A DNA stretch of 64,000 bases from contig CAVXVG010000005.1 of assembly GCA_963765145.1 (NCBI GenBank), positions 4,007 to 68,006 of the forward strand. Reading direction: 5' to 3'. Made by a program: the position numbers and the translations under genes. Positions 61,842 to 64,000 of this stretch are shown one piece after another. This stretch comes from Parachlamydiales bacterium (GTDB lineage: Bacteria > Chlamydiota > Chlamydiia > Chlamydiales > JAJFMK01). Position 1 is the first letter of the stretch. Each line of letters begins with the position of its first letter. The notes under the pieces are model-generated. The model did not search any database and was not told the origin of the DNA. It saw nothing but the letters and a program-made list of their open reading frames with translations.

Positions 61842-63731
61842 TCACTCATCGCGGCGTCCTCTTACAACGTACGTTCTCTCTTGTAACTCTTCAAAAGTGG
61901 GTTGGTAAGTGACTTGTCGATCAAGAGCTGTTTTGAGCCTTAATAGCGATGCGATAGATTTGGCAAGCTTTGTGTTCGTGCAGTTGAATTGTTCATCCAT
62001 AAATTCAGCTTTGATCAAAGATTGCGCGATCTCTTCTATTTTCTTCTTTTTCTCATCGTTGCTAAGGCCGTAACCCTCGCATGCTTTTATAACAGCAAGT
62101 GTCTCTAAGTTGAGCGCTTCAGTTAAAATTTCTGGATCCTCATTTTCGTCAACAGGTACTGATACCTTAGCACTAGTATTGCCGCTGATCAAAGCGATCT
62201 CAAACCGAGCGTTATTTAAAGGGTTTTGCCCTTTTGGCATTTCAACACGGACAATTTTCACATTAACATCAGTAGAAGAGAGGCCCCCTAAGTGGTAAGC
62301 ATTCCCATCTTTCCGCACGTCGTTGAGGAAGGTCACGGTATTTTGATCGATACCTTTGACTTCACAAAGCATATTGTCAATCTGCTGGTTGGAAATTTCC
62401 TTGAAGATCTTATTAACAGCTCCCTGGGTAGTTAATCCTCCTGCCTGAGCATTCCCGTTATCAGCGATGTAGTTGTAGATAGAGCTAAACGCACCTGGTG
62501 AGCCTTGCGGACGTTGGTCGGTGGTGGCCATTCGCATGAACGCTTCCTCATGACCTTTGCCAGCGCCAAGCGCCATGAATGTAGCATCACTCTGCGCTAA
62601 CCGCTCATGGATTGGGCGAAATGATATAGGCTCTATCTCAACATCATTTTTGCCGTCTGTCAAGACGAGCAATGCTGCGGATGCAGCGGTGCAAGCCGTT
62701 TTCATTTGTTGCAGAGATAAGGAACTCACATCCAGTCCTGCCATAATGTTGGTACTACCACTTGCAATAAGATCCTTTAGGACGGTGTTTTGAACGGATG
62801 TAATATTGTCTTCGGTGAGCAATGTATTTGCTAATACTGTTTTAGCAGAGCCACTAAAGGTGACAATTGACACCCAGATTTCGGCGTCCTCCTCAATGAT
62901 TTTGGCTAGGGCTTTTTCAAAAAAGAGGATCATCGCAGCTCTGACGTTGATCAATCGACCACAATCATCCATGCTACCACTCACATCAACACAAAAGGCA
63001 AAGATCATCTTTTTATTGCCGATCGGCAAAGCGGTAACGCCAGTCTCTGGCTGCGCCTTGATTTGCAGGTAATAAACATCATTTTCTTCTGTGCCAGGAC
63101 CTTTTTTTGCAGAAATGACTATGCGTACTCTATCAGCAAGGCTTGTGACAGCTGAAGTAGAACTTGTTGCAACGTTAGAAGATGAGGTTGCGACCCTGCT
63201 GGCAGGGGGATTAATCGACTGTTGGCGAGTAGAAGAAGCTGCATTTGGAGATGAGGTCATCGATGGTTGGCGAGATTGTGAGCTGCCGGAATTCGTTGAA
63301 GGTTGAGGATTTGCAGCAGCTGGGGCTGGTGGGTTAGAGCGAGAAGAGGAAGCTGTAACTGGGGAGGGGGTCGTCGGTTGTTGACGAGATTGTGGGCTAC
63401 CAGAATTTGTTGACCGAGAGGAAGAAGATTGCGGATTTGGGTTAGAGCGAGAGGGGTTAGTGTTTCCACTGCCTCTAGAGGCTGAACCCTGGCCGCTGCT
63501 AGGTGGACGAGGACGAGGTGTATGGAAGCCGGCGGCTCTTAAGATTCTTTCAGCGATGATGTTGATGACAGGAACAAGCAGTATAATAGCTGTTGCCAGG
63601 GAAGCAAGGCGTTTAGAGAGATCGATGACGGCATAGGTTTTGCTGTCTTTAGTTGCAGTCACTGCACTAAAGTATTGCGCTCGAGCAAAGTTTGTTGCCG
63701 GTGTGTTTGTTAGGTTAGTAAAAAAGTTCAT
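61842..63731 (-). CDS. Membrane-anchored von Willebrand factor A (vWA) domain protein with Ser/Pro-rich repeats
   Basis: One TM helix (LASLATAIILLVPVINIIA). Low-complexity S/P/N/Q region with an imperfect ~38-aa duplication. MIDAS-type FCVDVSGSMD ... VTFSG ... LVLTDG. Confidence 0.75.
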   Translation of the reverse strand: MNFFTNLTNTPATNFARAQYFSAVTATKDSKTYAVIDLSKRLASLATAIILLVPVINIIAERILRAAGFHTPRPRPPSSGQGSASRGSGNTNPSRSNPNPQSSSSRSTNSGSPQSRQQPTTPSPVTASSSRSNPPAPAAANPQPSTNSGSSQSRQPSMTSSPNAASSTRQQSINPPASRVATSSSNVATSSTSAVTSLADRVRIVISAKKGPGTEENDVYYLQIKAQPETGVTALPIGNKKMIFAFCVDVSGSMDDCGRLINVRAAMILFFEKALAKIIEEDAEIWVSIVTFSGSAKTVLANTLLTEDNITSVQNTVLKDLIASGSTNIMAGLDVSSLSLQQMKTACTAASAALLVLTDGKNDVEIEPISFRPIHERLAQSDATFMALGAGKGHEEAFMRMATTDQRPQGSPGAFSSIYNYIADNGNAQAGGLTTQGAVNKIFKEISNQQIDNMLCEVKGIDQNTVTFLNDVRKDGNAYHLGGLSSTDVNVKIVRVEMPKGQNPLNNARFEIALISGNTSAKVSVPVDENEDPEILTEALNLETLAVIKACEGYGLSNDEKKKKIEEIAQSLIKAEFMDEQFNCTNTKLAKSIASLLRLKTALDRQVTYQPTFEELQERTYVVRGRRDE

Positions 63732-64000
63732 AAATCTCTCTAAATGTGGTTAAATTATTGCTCGGCATTTTTGCCTTTTATGGGTTTAAGAGGCCAGTTC
63801 TTGTGAGTAGCATGATGACCGCCTTCTCGGTGATCGAAATGCCGTAGGTTGCCTCATCTGTTGGGAAGAGTTGATCTACTTTGCCGTCGAGTTCTGTTTC
63901 TGTAAACCCTTTATCCCTGAGGATATCGCGAATTTCTGCTTGATGGGCCGATTCCAGGTTGTTTTAAATAGGTCAAAGCGTGGTTTTGCTTCTTTCCAAG

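Noticed and set aside
63778-64000. Minus-strand reading frame ...AHQAEIRDILRDKGFTETELDGKVDQLFPTDEATYGISITEKAVIMLLTRTGLLNP-stop. A second open frame enters from the right edge.
   Set aside because: No start codon follows the upstream in-frame stop at 63964-63966, and the frame entering from the edge ends at an in-frame stop roughly 90 nt into the window (near 63911-63913). It may be a frameshifted gene remnant continuing beyond the window, but this cannot be supported from what is visible.

Overview
The window reads as chromosomal DNA from a member of the Chlamydiota, probably an environmental, amoeba-associated lineage. This placement is an inference from gene content, not from a search.

Backbone: a conserved housekeeping set is present. 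It comprises mfd, alaS, tkt-hemE-hemN, clpC, a vanX-like dipeptidase, a class I DAHP synthase, recF-dnaN, smpB-rlmH, a ClC channel, a yacL-like PIN/TRAM gene with acpS, trxB, a sodium/solute symporter, apbE and folD. From memory only, hemN-hemE/mfd-alaS-tkt, recF-dnaN/smpB and trxB/acpS are also neighbours in Chlamydia trachomatis.

Accessory content lies between these blocks:
- A five-gene minus-strand operon (6243 to 555). It encodes a protein built from three copies of an unrecognised module, a divergent Clp/Hsp100-type ATPase carrying a fourth copy as its N-domain, a RelE-fold/XRE toxin-antitoxin pair, and an orphan ORF.
- A translationally coupled nucleotidyltransferase plus 469-aa winged-helix gene pair, inserted behind recF.
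- Eukaryote-like proteins: a BTB/POZ protein, a tandem GATA-like zinc-finger protein, and a possible ankyrin protein.
- Two large paralogous proteins with Sel1-like motifs next to an orphan histidine kinase.
- A vWA protein.
- Five tandem or dispersed paralogs of a cysteine-rich beta-barrel outer-membrane family, one of them frameshifted in a C-tract.

Repeats: most intergenic spacers are filled by nested palindromic MITE-like repeats of several families.

Most unusual observation: four separate accessory cassettes are each bracketed by 50-110-bp direct repeats. Three of these duplicate the end of a backbone gene and one duplicates an intergenic terminator. In every case the cargo stop codon abuts or lies close to the left repeat copy.

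I could not recognise any rRNA, tRNA, CRISPR array, transposase or integrase. All calls come from reading the sequence and ORF track; nothing was searched or computed.
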